A stretch of DNA of 32,000 bases from an uncultured Solirubrobacterales bacterium (GTDB lineage Bacteria > Actinomycetota > Thermoleophilia > Solirubrobacterales > 70-9). The notes beneath the pieces are model-generated. The model made no database searches. It was not told where the DNA came from and was given only the letters and a program-made list of their open reading frames with translations. Position 1 is the first letter of the stretch. Each line of letters opens with the position of its first letter. The position numbers and the translations under genes were made by a program. Location of the stretch: NCBI GenBank assembly GCA_963848955.1, contig CAWKFQ010000023.1:247212-279211 (forward strand), read 5' to 3'. Of the stretch, positions 1 to 10,139 are shown one piece after another.

Positions 1-74
1 GCACCTGGATTGTCGAGATCACCGCCCGTACGGGCGGGCTCGTCCCTGGTCTTCAGCGTCGAGGTACCCATCCG

Positions 75-775
75 ATGAAACTCCGCTCGTTCATGATCGC
101 CGTCGCCGTCGCCGCCATCGCCGCGGCCAGCGTGCTGGGTGGGCCGCCCGCCAGGGCCCAGGACGGCGAGGCGATCATCACCCTGGAGGCCGCCCACCCC
201 GCCGGCACGTCAGTGCACTTCATCGTGCGGGTCACCTGGGAGAACGACGGCCATCCCGCCGCCGACGCCGTCGTGGCCGCAACGGCTGTGGGCAGCGACG
301 GCACCCAGCTCACCCCCGTCACGCTGGCGCCGATCGACGACGACGGCCGCTACGCCAACCCCATCGACTTCGGTTCGCACCCGGTCGTGGACGGTGCGGT
401 TCACCTCGATCGACCCGACCGGTACCGCCGAGGTCACCCAGACGGTCGAGGCACCACGGCCAGCGGCGGACGACCGCCGCCGCCTCGGGTGACAGCGGCG
501 AGGGCGGGTTCGCACCGGCCGACGACGACACCGGGGCCAGCGGCGGGGCCGCGGCCAGCGACGGCGGCGACAGCGGGATGCCGATCTGGCTCGTGGGCGC
601 CGCCGCCGTGGTGGTCTTCGGCGGCGGCTTCCTGGCCCTGAGGACGGTGCGCCGCTACCGCAGCGAGGCCGCCAGCGAGGAGGCGCAGTTCGAGCAGCTG
701 GAGGCCGCCCGCACGGCAGGCAAGGCGTCCGATACGCCGGGAGGCACGGCACCGGGACCGAAGGCCGAGGCGTGA
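75..775 (+). pseudogene. Secreted, C-terminally membrane-anchored protein of unknown function (frame broken twice as assembled)
   Basis: Signal peptide MKLRSFMIAVAVAAIAAASVLGGPPARAQ, then a beta-rich ectodomain (VHFIVRVTWENDGHPA...WTVRFTSIDPTGTAEVTQTVEAP). An acidic Gly/Asp/Ser linker leads to a TM helix MPIWLVGAAAVVVFGGGFLAL followed by RTVRRYR. The protein is only continuous if ORFs 75..641, 139..492 and 578..775 are joined, with frame switches near 375-400 and 470-480. Confidence 0.5.
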
Positions 776-1836
776 CCCGGCGGCCGATCGGGGCGGCGGC
801 TGCGGTCGTCGCCACGATCGCCCTCGTCGCGCTGGTGCGGGCCGACCCGGCGGCCGCCGATCCGCCCGTACCGACGGACTACCGCTCGACGGTCGACGCC
901 ATCGAGCCGGCGGCCGACGGCGTGCGCGCGGAGGTGGTGGGCGGCGACGCCTTCCTGGAGCTGACGGTGGACCGCGGTGTCGAGGTCGTGGTCACTGGCT
1001 ACCAGGGGGAGCCCTACCTGCGGTTCCGTCCCGACGGCACGGTGGAGCGCAACCGCCGGTCACCGGCGACCTACGTCAACGACAGCCGGGACGCCGTTGC
1101 CCAGGTGCCCGCCAGCGCCGATCCCGAGGCCGACCCCGACTGGGAGACGGTGGGCGACGGCGGCGCGTACGCCTGGCACGACCATCGCATCCACTGGATG
1201 GGGTCGGAGCAACCGAACGGCGCCGAGCCCGGCGAGTGGACCAAGCCCTGGACGGTCGACATCGAGGTCGACGGCACGCCCACCCGCATCAACGGCACGC
1301 TCGCCCTCGTCGACGGCGTGAACCCGCTGCCCTGGGTGGCGTTGGGGCTGGCGGCTGCCGCCGCGATCGTGATCGGCGGTCGCCGTCGACCGCTGCATCG
1401 TCGCCTGCGCGGCGGCCCTGGTTGCGGCGGCGCTGGCCACCGGTGTCGGCTGGGCCCAGCGAGCGGAGGCACCGGCCGGCGGCGGCGTGAGTCCCCTGCT
1501 GGTTGCGGTGCCGCTGGCGGGGGTGGCCGCCGCCGGGCTGGCCATCGCCGTGGGTCGCCGCCTGGGGCGCCGAGCCCTCGCCGCCCTGACGCTGGCGGCC
1601 GCCGCCGCGGTCGCAGGATGGGGCGTGCTCCGCCTCGAGGTGCTGTCGAAGCCGGTGCTGCCCACCGTGCTCGACGCCTGGCTCGACCGGGCCGGAACCA
1701 CCGTGGCGCTGGCGCTGGCGTTGGCGTCCGCCGGCCTCGTGGTCTGGGGCAGCGGCGTCGTGCTCGCCGACGACCACGAAAACGAGAGACGAAGACCGGG
1801 GCCGCCGCCACCGTCGCAGGGGGAGGTCGACGGTGA
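772..1836 (+). pseudogene. Secreted/polytopic membrane protein of unknown function with WHDHRIHW motif (frame break near 1378; 3' end uncertain)
   Basis: The GTG start overlaps the upstream stop (GTGA at 772-775). It has an N-terminal signal/TM and an ectodomain GEPYLRFRPDGTVERNRRSPATYVN...AYAWHDHRIHWMG. The hydrophobic C-terminal half continues in the frame of ORF 1487..2422 (VAVDRCIVACAAALVAAALATGVGW...LAIAVGRRLG...VALALALASAGLVVWG). That frame has no nearby stop, so the true end is unresolved. Confidence 0.5.
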
Positions 1837-1969
1837 CGGCGGTGGCCGCCAGATCCTGACAGGGGGAGGAACAGGATCGGCGTCCCCTCGGCCTTGCCGC
1901 ATGCAACCTCTCACCTTCCCCGCTTGTTCCCGCCGGTTCCGGAGAATTCGAAGAATTTCCGCTTCGTGG

Positions 1970-2279
1970 TCACGCGCTCCGGCGCCGGAACAGGGCCACC
2001 CGCCGGCCAGCAACCCGAGCGCGCCGACCACGATGCCGATGATCCCGAGGGTGTTGGCGGAGTCGACGTCGTCTTTCGTGGCCGCGTTGTCGACGGTCAC
2101 CCCGCCCGAGTCGGCCGCCTGCTCACCGTCGGACGCCCTCCGCCTCGTCGCTCGAGCCGCCGTGCTCGCCCTCGGCATCGACGACGGCCAGGGCCGGGGC
2201 GGGATGCTCGGGCTCCTCGCCGCTCGGCAGCGGCTCGTCGATCAGCGGACCACCGGGTCCGGGCCACTCTGGGCACGGC
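1970..2279 (-). other. Acidic low-complexity segment plus C-terminal TM anchor; probably the 3' continuation of the CopC/CopD gene rather than a separate gene
   Basis: Minus-strand reading gives PLIDEPLPSGEEPEHPAPALAVVDAEGEHGGSSDEAEG / SDGEQAADSGGVTVDNAATKDDVDSANTLGIIGIVVGALGLLAGGW. A 1-nt shift then gives ..LFRRRSA* with TGA at 1970-1972. There is no ATG or GTG start in these frames, and two frame changes are needed. Confidence 0.3.
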
Positions 2280-4039
2280 TCAGGGAACCGGGATCTCGGC
2301 GACGACGCGGTCCTGGTCGATGTCGGTGGTGCGTGCCAAGACCTCCAGCTCCCAGGTGCCGGAGAACGGGATCTCGGCGCCCTGAGCGACGTACTGGCCG
2401 GGCCCGATCGGCTGCAGCGTGAGGTCGAGAGGGCCGATGTCCCGCTCCGGAAGGGTGAGGGACGCGGTCACTTCCTCGGGGTCGATGGGGCTGCCGTCGT
2501 GGCCGGCGATGTTGATCTCGACCTCTGTGGGACCGACGTCGGCTGGGTCGACCGTCACCGGATCATGGTGAGATCGCCGTGCAGGGTGGTGGTGAACAAG
2601 CCGCCCCCGGCGGCGGGGGCATCGTCCACGGCCGACGCGCCCGGCACGGCGTTGACCAGCGCCGCCGTGACCGCCAGAACCGCGACCGCCAGCCCGGCCT
2701 CGGCCGCCACCGACCGCCGCAGCACCGACAGCGGCGCGCGTCCCGAGGACGACACCCGCACCGCGCCCGGGCCCGGCGACAGGGCCAGGCTCGCCATGCG
2801 GGCCTGGGCACGCTGGCGCACCCACGACCGGCTGGCCGCGGCCGCCGCCAGCATGAGGGCGAAGAACCCGACCTTGACCAGCAGCAGGCGGCCATAGCTG
2901 CTGTCGACCAGGGCGTCCCACGACCCGAGCTGGCGCCACGCCTGGACGACCCCGCTGGCCACGATCACCATGACCGCCCCGAACGCCACGTCGGAGAACC
3001 GGGTGGCAACCGCCTCGGCACGGCCGTCGTCGACGCCGCCGCTCGGCCACAGCACGGCCCCCAGCAGCACGGCCAGCCCGCCGAGCCACACGCTGACCGC
3101 CGACAGGTGGACCATGTCGGTCACCACTGCCAAGCCCACGAGGTCCCCGGAAACGGCGTGGCCGGTGAACGTGATGGTGGCCAACAGCGCCAAGCCCCCG
3201 CCGATGACCGCGGGGAGCAGCGCCTCGGTGCGACCCTCCGTGGCCCGCCGCGCCAGGCGAGGGCCCACCACCGCCACGGCCGCCAGCAATGCCAGTCGAA
3301 TGAGCCAGGCCCGGCCGGTCCGGGTGCCGAGCTCGTCACCGATGACCGAGGGGTCGAAGGCGTCGGCCAACGATCCCCCGACGGCGTATGTGGCCTGCAG
3401 GGGGATGCTCAGCACGGTGGCGCCGAGCGCCCCCCACCACGCCCCACCCAGGATTCGCCGCGCCCGTGGGTCCTCGCCACCCGCGGGCCACAGCGCCGCC
3501 ACGAAGACGGCCCCGCCGATCAACACCACCAGGCTCGCGAAGGCGGCGAACCGCACGATGCCATAGGTGACGCCGACGACACGGTCGGAGCCGGCACCGG
3601 CCAGCGCGTCGTCGACCAGGGCCTCGGCATCGGCGTCGGACACGGCGGCGGCGGCGTCGCCGACCCCGAACGTGAATGCGCCGCTGACGGGGTGGTTGTC
3701 GGAGGAGAGCACCCGCCACGACACGAGGTAGGTGCCGTCGTCGAGGTCCGGCAGGTCGACGGCGACCGACGATCGCTCGCCGTCGGGATGGCCCGGGTCA
3801 CCGGCGTCGATCGGGTCGCCCCCGGCGGTCAGGACCACGACCCCGTCGTCGGCCACGTCCACCGACTCGCTGAAGCGGAGCACGACCCGCTCCGGCGCCA
3901 CGTCCAGCTGCTCGCCCGATGCCGGTTCCGTGGAGATCAACTCGGCGTGGGCGTCGGCGGGCGACGGGCCCAGCGCCAGGCCAGCGGTGGCAACGGTCGC
4001 AACCAGGACGCCCGCCCCAGCCAGGCGTCGCAGCCTCAT
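2280..4039 (-). pseudogene. CopC-CopD fusion copper resistance/handling protein with C-terminal YtkA/FixH-like Ig domain (frame break near 2560)
   Basis: ATG at 4039. Signal peptide MRLRRLAGAGVLVATVATAGLALGPSPADA, then the CopC signature HAELISTEPASGEQL...GTYLVSWRVLSSDNHPVSGAFTFGV. About 8 TM helices of CopD type follow. The frame ends at 2555 (..LHGDLTMIR*), but the next frame continues PVTVDPADVGPTEVEINIAGHDGSPIDPEEV...GTWELEVLARTTDIDQDRVVAEIPVP* to 2280. One extra C in ATCC(C)GGTG would join them. Confidence 0.8.
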
Positions 4040-4139
4040 GCCACTCGCACCACGACCGACGGGCGGGGCGCCCGCCGCGCCAGGGCCCAGAGGCAGCCGA
4101 GACCCGCAAACGCCAGGGCGTGGACCGCCTCGCGCCCTA

Positions 4140-4654
4140 GGAGTGCGTGGCCCGAGCGCGAAGTCGACGCCGGAGGTGACGACCATGGCTGCGACCAGGA
4201 CGCCCACCAGCGGCAGCATCCCCCACGCGCGCGCCGGGCGCCAGGCCACGACCAGGAAGCCCGCCGCCAGCCCCATGTCCCACGCCGTGAGCTCGTGGGC
4301 CAGGTGGATGGACGCGTGGCCGTCGTGGAGGAAGACGCCGGGCCAGGCCAGCACGATCTGTGCCAGGCCGATGAGGGCCAGCACCATGCGCCACTCGACC
4401 GTCGAGATCAGTCGCGGGCGGGCGGGCTCGGCCGCAGCGGCCGGCCGCACGAGCTGAGCGAGGAGCGCCGGGTCGATGGCGACCGGATCGTCGGGCGATG
4501 CCAGCGCCCTGAGCGCCGGAGAGGCGGCGGCGCTGGCCCAGGACCGACAGCCCGGGCACTCGGCAAGGTGGGCGTCGATCTCCTCGGTGGGCAGGCCCGG
4601 GTCCTCGCCGTCGATCCGGGCCGAGATGGCTTCGCGGAAACGGGTGCAGCGCAT
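4140..4654 (-). CDS. zf-HC2 membrane anti-sigma factor (3' end uncertain)
   Basis: MRCTRFREAISARIDGEDPGLPTEEIDAHLAECPGCRSW carries the H-x3-C-x2-C anti-sigma zinc motif. It is followed by 3 TM helices and a His-rich stretch, LHDGHASIHLAHE. It reads without a stop into the CopCD ORF through about 40 aa of Gly/Pro/Arg junk. A TAG at 4137-4139 lies in the adjacent frame. Confidence 0.7.
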
Positions 4655-4726
4655 GTGGGAACAGTCGTGCCGTGAGCCGATCCGGTTCCCGGGAACCTCC
4701 CGGGCGCGGCGGCCGTACATCAGGAG

Positions 4727-5293
4727 GTGGCATCGGATCCGGCCGAACCCCTACGTTGCCGCGCCGTGGACGATGTGACGGCGCTGGCGCTGGCGGCCAG
4801 GGACGGCGACCAGCTGGCGCTGTCGTCGTTCGTCCGCCGGACGTGGACTGACGTCGTCCGCCTGGTCACCGCGGTGGCGGGGCGCGACCTCGCCGAGGAC
4901 GCCGCCCAGGACACCTACATGCGGGCCATCCGGGCCCTGCCCGCCTATCGCGGCGATGCCGGCGCCCGCACCTGGCTGCTGTCGATCGCCAGGCGGGCGG
5001 CGGTCGACGCCGTGCGGATGGCGTCACGGCGCCGGCGGCTGACCCGGCGGCTCATCGACCGCGCCGAGCCGGCCGGCGTCGAGATCAGCCTGCGTGACTC
5101 AGCGCTCGGCGACCAGTTGCTCACCCGCCTCGATCCCGACCGGCGCACCGCTTTCGTCCTCACCCAGCTGCTGGGGTTCGACTACGCCGAGGCGGCGGCG
5201 ATCTGCGGGTGTCCGATCGGGACCATCCGCTCGCGGGTGGCCCGGGCCCGCGACCAGCTCGTCCGCGAGCTCCGACCCAGCGACCTCGGCTGA
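4727..5293 (+). CDS. ECF (sigma-70 family) RNA polymerase sigma factor
   Basis: Region 2 (AEDAAQDTYMRAIRALPAYRGDAGARTWLLSIARRAAVDAVR) and region 4 HTH (RTAFVLTQLLGFDYAEAAAICGCPIGTIRSRVARARDQL) are both present. It is divergent from the anti-sigma gene. The true start may be the internal GTG near 4769. Confidence 0.9.
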   Translation: MASDPAEPLRCRAVDDVTALALAARDGDQLALSSFVRRTWTDVVRLVTAVAGRDLAEDAAQDTYMRAIRALPAYRGDAGARTWLLSIARRAAVDAVRMASRRRRLTRRLIDRAEPAGVEISLRDSALGDQLLTRLDPDRRTAFVLTQLLGFDYAEAAAICGCPIGTIRSRVARARDQLVRELRPSDLG

Positions 5294-5308
5294 CTGGCCT
5301 CGCGCTTC

Positions 5309-7852
5309 GTGATCCTGCCGCCCGCCGCCGCGTCGCTGCCGGTCGTCGCCTGCCTCGACGAACTGCGGGCGGCGCTCACCGGGCCCGGGCACGCAGTGCT
5401 GCAAGCGCCGCCCGGGGCGGGCAAGACGACCGTCGTGCCCCTGGCCATGGTGGACGAGCCGTGGCTGGAGGGCCGACGCCTCGTCATGCTCGAACCGCGC
5501 CGGCTCGCCACCCGGGCCGCGGCCCGGCGCATGGCGGCGCTGCGGCGGGAGGGGGTCGGCGAGACCGTCGGCTATCGCACCCGCGACGATCGCCGGGTCG
5601 GCCCCGCCACGCGCATCGAGGTGGTGACCGAGGGCATCCTCACCCGCCGGCTGCAGCGCGATCCCGGGCTCGAGGGCGTGGGCCTGGTGATCTTCGACGA
5701 GTTCCACGAGCGCAGCCTCCAGGCCGATCTCGGGCTGGCGCTGGCCCTCGACGCCCGCCACCACCTGCGCCCCGACCTCCGCCTGCTGGTGATGTCGGCG
5801 ACCCTCGACGGGGACCGCGTCGCCGGACTGCTGATGGCGCCGGGGGGTGAGCCGGCCCCGGTGATCACGAGCGAGACCCGGTCGCACGCCGTCGATGTGC
5901 GCTGGGCGCCGCGGCGACCCCGCGAACACCTGGAGCCGGCGATGGTCACCGCCATCCGCCGGGTGCTGCGCGAGACCGCCGCCACCGAGGCCGATGGCGA
6001 CGTGCTCGCTTTCCTGCCCGGGGCTGCGGAGATCGTCCGGACCGCCGAGCAGCTCGGAGCCGCGCTCGGCCCCGACTCGGCCGTCGATGTCCACCCGCTC
6101 TACGGGGCGTTGCCGGCCGGAGACCAGGATGCGGCCCTGGCCCCCGGTCTGCCCGGGCGGCGGAAGGTGGTGCTGGCCACGGACATCGCCGAGACCAGCC
6201 TCACGGTCGAGGGCGTGCGGGTGGTGGTCGACGCCGGCTTGGCCCGCAGGCCGGTGTTCGACGCCGGCACCGGGCTCACCCGGCTGGCGACCGTTCCCGC
6301 CTCACGGGCGTCGGCCGACCAGCGGGCTGGACGTGCCGGCCGGTTGGGACCGGGCGTGGCGGTGCGGCTGTGGTCGACGGTCGAACACGCGGCGCGCCCT
6401 CGGTTCGACGAGCCCGAGATCCGCCAGGCCGACCTGGCGGGCCTGGCGCTGGAGCTGGCGGTCTGGGGCACCGAGCCCGGCGAGCTGCGGTTCCTGGATC
6501 CCCCACCGCCACGGCCCCTGGACGAAGCGCGTCGCCTGCTCGCCGACCTGGGTGGGCTGGACAGCGATGGGCTCGCGACCGCGGCCGGTCGGGACATGGT
6601 GGCGCTGCCGCTGCACCCCCGACTGGCCCGCATGCTGCTCGTCGCCCGCGACCGCGGGCACGGGTGGCTCGGCTGCCTGCTGGCCGCCCTGCTGGAGGAT
6701 CGCGACGTGCTACGTGGTCGGCCCGACGAGGTGCCCGCCGACGTCGGGCTGCGCCTGGCCTTGCTCGACGATCCGACCTTCCGGCACCCGCAGGCGGACG
6801 GGCGGGCTCTGCGGGGCGCCCGTGACCGTGCCCACGATCTGGCCCGGCGGGTGGGGGTGGCCGCCGGGGGCGGCGACCCGGCCGAGGCGGGGCCGTTGCT
6901 CGGCGTCGCATACCCCGACCGCATCGCCCAGGCACGAGGGGGCCCGGGGCGCTTCGTGCTGCGGGCGGGCACAGAGGGCTGGCTGGCCGGCGACGACGCC
7001 CTGGCCCGCGAGCCGTTCCTGGCGGTGGCCGAGGTCGACGGCCGCCGGCGCAACGGGCGGATCCGCCTGGCGGCAGGCCTCGACCCCGGCCAGCTCGACG
7101 AGATCGCGGGCCACCAGGTCGACGAGCACGCCCGCATGGTCTGGGACCGCGATCGCGACGACCTCGTCGCCAGCGTCGAGCGCCGGCTCGGGCGGCTGCG
7201 GCTGGGCGTGGTCGAACGACGCCCGCCGCCGGGGACCGCCACCACGACCGCGCTGGTCGACCGGGTGCGGTCCACCAATCTGGCGGCGCTGCCGTGGACC
7301 GATACCGCCCGGGCGCTCCAGGCCCGGATCGGCTTCCTGCGCGCCGTGCTGGGGGAGCCGTGGCCCGACGTCTCCGACGGGGCGTTGCGCCGCCACGTCG
7401 ACGACTGGCTTGCCCCGGTGCTGACTGCCGCCGGCGCCAGCGGGCGGGCCGACCTCGAGCGCGTCGACCTGGTCCGGGCGCTGCGCGCCATGGTCCCCGC
7501 CGAGGTGGCGGGCGACCTGGATCGCCTGGCGCCGGTGGCGGTGAGCGTGCCGAGCGGTCGCCGAGTGCCGCTCGACTACCGGAGCGGCGGGGCAGCTGGC
7601 GATCCCCCGGTCCTGGCGGTGCGGGTGCAGGAGATGTTCGGCTCCCGCGAGACGCCCGTCGTCGCCGGCGGGCGGGTACCGGTGGTGCTGCAGCTGCTGT
7701 CACCGGCGGGGCGGCCGGTGCAGGTGACCAGCGACCTGGCCGGGTTCTGGACCGGCTCGTGGGGCGAGGTGCGCAAGCAGATGGCCGGCCGCTATCCGAA
7801 GCACGACTGGCCGGACGACCCGGCCGGGGGCGTCAGTCGACGACGAACGTGA
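5309..7852 (+). CDS. hrpB: ATP-dependent RNA helicase HrpB (DEAH-box)
   Basis: Intact 847-aa ORF. Walker A APPGAGKTT, DEFHE box, SAT motif (MSATL), QRAGRAGR motif, and the HrpB-type C-terminal domain (..VQEMFG...LLSPAGRPVQVTSDLAGFW..W.EVRKQMAGRYPKHDWPDDP). Confidence 0.93.
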   Translation: MILPPAAASLPVVACLDELRAALTGPGHAVLQAPPGAGKTTVVPLAMVDEPWLEGRRLVMLEPRRLATRAAARRMAALRREGVGETVGYRTRDDRRVGPATRIEVVTEGILTRRLQRDPGLEGVGLVIFDEFHERSLQADLGLALALDARHHLRPDLRLLVMSATLDGDRVAGLLMAPGGEPAPVITSETRSHAVDVRWAPRRPREHLEPAMVTAIRRVLRETAATEADGDVLAFLPGAAEIVRTAEQLGAALGPDSAVDVHPLYGALPAGDQDAALAPGLPGRRKVVLATDIAETSLTVEGVRVVVDAGLARRPVFDAGTGLTRLATVPASRASADQRAGRAGRLGPGVAVRLWSTVEHAARPRFDEPEIRQADLAGLALELAVWGTEPGELRFLDPPPPRPLDEARRLLADLGGLDSDGLATAAGRDMVALPLHPRLARMLLVARDRGHGWLGCLLAALLEDRDVLRGRPDEVPADVGLRLALLDDPTFRHPQADGRALRGARDRAHDLARRVGVAAGGGDPAEAGPLLGVAYPDRIAQARGGPGRFVLRAGTEGWLAGDDALAREPFLAVAEVDGRRRNGRIRLAAGLDPGQLDEIAGHQVDEHARMVWDRDRDDLVASVERRLGRLRLGVVERRPPPGTATTTALVDRVRSTNLAALPWTDTARALQARIGFLRAVLGEPWPDVSDGALRRHVDDWLAPVLTAAGASGRADLERVDLVRALRAMVPAEVAGDLDRLAPVAVSVPSGRRVPLDYRSGGAAGDPPVLAVRVQEMFGSRETPVVAGGRVPVVLQLLSPAGRPVQVTSDLAGFWTGSWGEVRKQMAGRYPKHDWPDDPAGGVSRRRT

Positions 7853-8036
7853 CCTGCATGTGCACGCGGAAGCCGGTGATCTGCCCGTCGGTGACGATCG
7901 CCTTCTCTTCCTTGACGTAGGCGGCCTCGATGTTGTGGACCGTTTCACCGGCCTTGGCGATGCCCACCCTGAGGGCATCCTCGAAGCTGTCGGGTGACTC
8001 GGCGCTCAACTCGATCGTCTTGGCTACCGACGACAT
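7833..8036 (-). CDS. Dodecin family flavin-binding protein
   Basis: 67-aa product MSSVAKTIELSAESPDSFEDALRVGIAKAGETVHNIEAAYVKEEKAIVTDGQITGFRVHMQVTFVVD. A strong SD (GGGAGGGA) lies upstream of the ATG at 8036. The 3' end overlaps the hrpB 3' end by 20 nt (convergent). Confidence 0.85.
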   Translation of the reverse strand: MSSVAKTIELSAESPDSFEDALRVGIAKAGETVHNIEAAYVKEEKAIVTDGQITGFRVHMQVTFVVD

Positions 8037-8123
8037 GGCGTTCCCTCCCGAGGAGACTGCCCGCCCGGCGACAGTCAACCAGGTCGCGCAGAGTAGGGAC
8101 AGGGGCCGTTTCCGTCCCGACCG

Positions 8124-9953
8124 TCAGGCTGCGGCCTTGTCGGCGGCGTCGTCGCCGACGGCCGCGAACGCCAGCAGCTCGCGCCCGACAGTGGCGGCGA
8201 TGGCATCGGACCACGCTGCGCCGGACAGCAGGTGCCGGCGGGCGTAGCGAAGTCCGACCAGGCCCTTGTGGATGGCCCGCTCGCCAGGCTCGCCGGCCTG
8301 CTCCAGCAGCAGCGCCGCCGACGCCGTCCGCACCAGGTGATCGCACATCCGCCCCGAGAGAGCCTCGGCGGCATCGGGCTCGAGCCCGCGCATGGAGTCC
8401 ACCCGGGCCACCAGCTCGTCGCGCGCTGCGACCACGGCATCGACCGCGGGCTGGGCCCAGCCGGGCGCACCTCCACGGGCCGCAGTCACCGCCTGGTCGA
8501 TCCGGGCCACGACCGCTTCGTGGGCGGCGTCGCGACGGATGGTCCGCAGCACGTCCAGCACGCAGATGTTCTCGCTGCCCTCCCAGATGGGATGGCACTG
8601 GGCGTCGCGCAGCTGGCGGGTCAGGCCCCAGTCCTCGCAGTAGCCGTTGCCGCCGTGCAGCTCGACCGCGTACGAGGCCGCCTCGACACCGAGCCGGCAC
8701 AGGCGCACCTTGGCCGCCGGCACCAGGATGCGGCGCAGCCGGGCGCCATCGGCGAACCCGCCGGCGGCGGCGCACTCGAAGCCCAGCGCCACCGCGGCCT
8801 CGAGCTCGGCCAGCTGGTCGACGAGCTGCTCGCGCACGAGTGGCAGGTCGACCAGCGCGCGGCCCTTGGCCTGCCGATGGTGGGCCCAGGCGGCCGCCTC
8901 GGCGAAGCAGCGTCGGGCGATGCCGAGCCCCATGAGCGCCACGCCGAACCGGCTGCCGTTGACCATCTCCATCATCCGTGCCAGTCCGCCCGAGTCCGAC
9001 GTGGACCGGTTGATCCCGTCGCTCGGCTCGATCGACCCGGTCGGCGAGGTGGCGTCCTCGGTCCTCGGTGGCCGCAGTGCGTAGCCGAGCGCGCCGGTGA
9101 GCTCGACCTCGCCGGTGGGGACGCTCTTGGTGCCCAGCTTCTGCTTGAGCCGGCGGATCGTGTAGCGGTTCGGCGACCCGTCCTCCAGCATCCGGGGCAC
9201 CAGGTAGAGGCCGAGCCCCGCGGGGCCGTCCGGGGCACCCTCGGGTCGGGCCAGCAGCACGATGGCGGCGCCGTCGACGTTGGAGCAGAACCACTTCTCG
9301 CCGCTGATCTCCACGCGACCGTCACCGAGGTCTCGGGCGGTGCAATGGACCGTGCGCCCCAGGTCGGACCCACCGTCTCGCTCGGTCAGGAACATCGACC
9401 CGTCCACGGCACGGTCGACGTCGGCGGCCCGTAGGCCCGCCAGCAGGTCGTCGCGCACGTCGGGCGGGGCGTACGCGTCGACCAGGCCGGCCACCCCCGA
9501 GGTCATGCCCAGGCTGCACACCATGCCCGTGTCTGCCTGGGACAGCAGGTAGCTGGCGCCGCCGAGGACAACTCCCGGCGTCGGTCGCCCGCGCTCCTCG
9601 GCCTGAGCGGCGAACCCCGAGGGGTAGCCCGCCTGCCACAGCGCCCGCTTGGCGTCGAGCATGGCCGGGTGATGGGCGATCTCGCCCACGTCGTTGGCCC
9701 AGCGGTCGTAGCGGACCAGCTCGGGCGGGTGGGCGTCGATGGTGTCGGCGGCCCGTGCGATGCGATCGCCCACGAGGTCACCGAAGCCGTCGAGCGTGGC
9801 CTCGGCCCAGGCCAGGTCGTCGGATGGGCAGTCGCGCCGCACCCGGTCCTGGAGGTCCGGGTCGAGCCGATACCAGTTCTGCCCCACCACGCCGTCGATG
9901 TCAGACCAGTCGATCACGGGACCAGACTGGCAGGTGGGAAGGTCGCCGGTCAC
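8124..9953 (-). CDS. AidB-like acyl-CoA dehydrogenase family protein
   Basis: Intact 609-aa ORF with a long N-terminal extension. It has the ACAD middle and C-terminal domains (GSDLG...EKWFCSN; VELHGGNGYCEDWGLTRQLRDAQCHPIWEGSENI). Confidence 0.9.
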   Translation of the reverse strand: MTGDLPTCQSGPVIDWSDIDGVVGQNWYRLDPDLQDRVRRDCPSDDLAWAEATLDGFGDLVGDRIARAADTIDAHPPELVRYDRWANDVGEIAHHPAMLDAKRALWQAGYPSGFAAQAEERGRPTPGVVLGGASYLLSQADTGMVCSLGMTSGVAGLVDAYAPPDVRDDLLAGLRAADVDRAVDGSMFLTERDGGSDLGRTVHCTARDLGDGRVEISGEKWFCSNVDGAAIVLLARPEGAPDGPAGLGLYLVPRMLEDGSPNRYTIRRLKQKLGTKSVPTGEVELTGALGYALRPPRTEDATSPTGSIEPSDGINRSTSDSGGLARMMEMVNGSRFGVALMGLGIARRCFAEAAAWAHHRQAKGRALVDLPLVREQLVDQLAELEAAVALGFECAAAGGFADGARLRRILVPAAKVRLCRLGVEAASYAVELHGGNGYCEDWGLTRQLRDAQCHPIWEGSENICVLDVLRTIRRDAAHEAVVARIDQAVTAARGGAPGWAQPAVDAVVAARDELVARVDSMRGLEPDAAEALSGRMCDHLVRTASAALLLEQAGEPGERAIHKGLVGLRYARRHLLSGAAWSDAIAATVGRELLAFAAVGDDAADKAAA

Positions 9954-10139
9954 GGTGACGGGGCTAAGGAGCCGAGCGGATAGGGCGGTTCGTGCAGCCT
10001 ACGCGTGGGAATTTGGCGGTCGACCCCCAGCTCAACAGCTCGGCTCCCCGGCAGCGCTGACCACTGTGAGCCAAGACGGCGTGCCTATCCGCTCACGTCC
10101 TACGCACCATCAGGCGCACGCGGGCGGGCTCTCGAGGCA

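Noticed and set aside
22-37. 16-nt palindrome CCGCCCGTACGGGCGG at the window edge
   Set aside because: The stem is only 6 bp, the upstream context is missing, and such palindromes are expected by chance in GC-rich DNA. It is not enough to call a terminator.
2555-4720. 721-aa ORF that would fuse the anti-sigma factor to CopC-CopD
   Set aside because: The roughly 40-aa connector (GPRTPRARGGPRPGVCGSRLPLGPGAAGAPPVGRGASG) looks like non-coding read-through. The CopC part has its own Met, signal peptide and mature N-terminal His. I therefore treat these as two genes.
5099-9294. Long antisense or overlapping ORFs (5099..6094-, 6100..7491-, 6276..7703-, 5895..7424+, 7945..9294-, 7994..8935+, 8232..9434+)
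   Set aside because: Their composition is Arg/Pro/Gly/Ala-dominated with no recognisable motifs. They lie opposite or out of frame to the well-supported hrpB and ACAD genes, so they are typical high-GC shadow ORFs.
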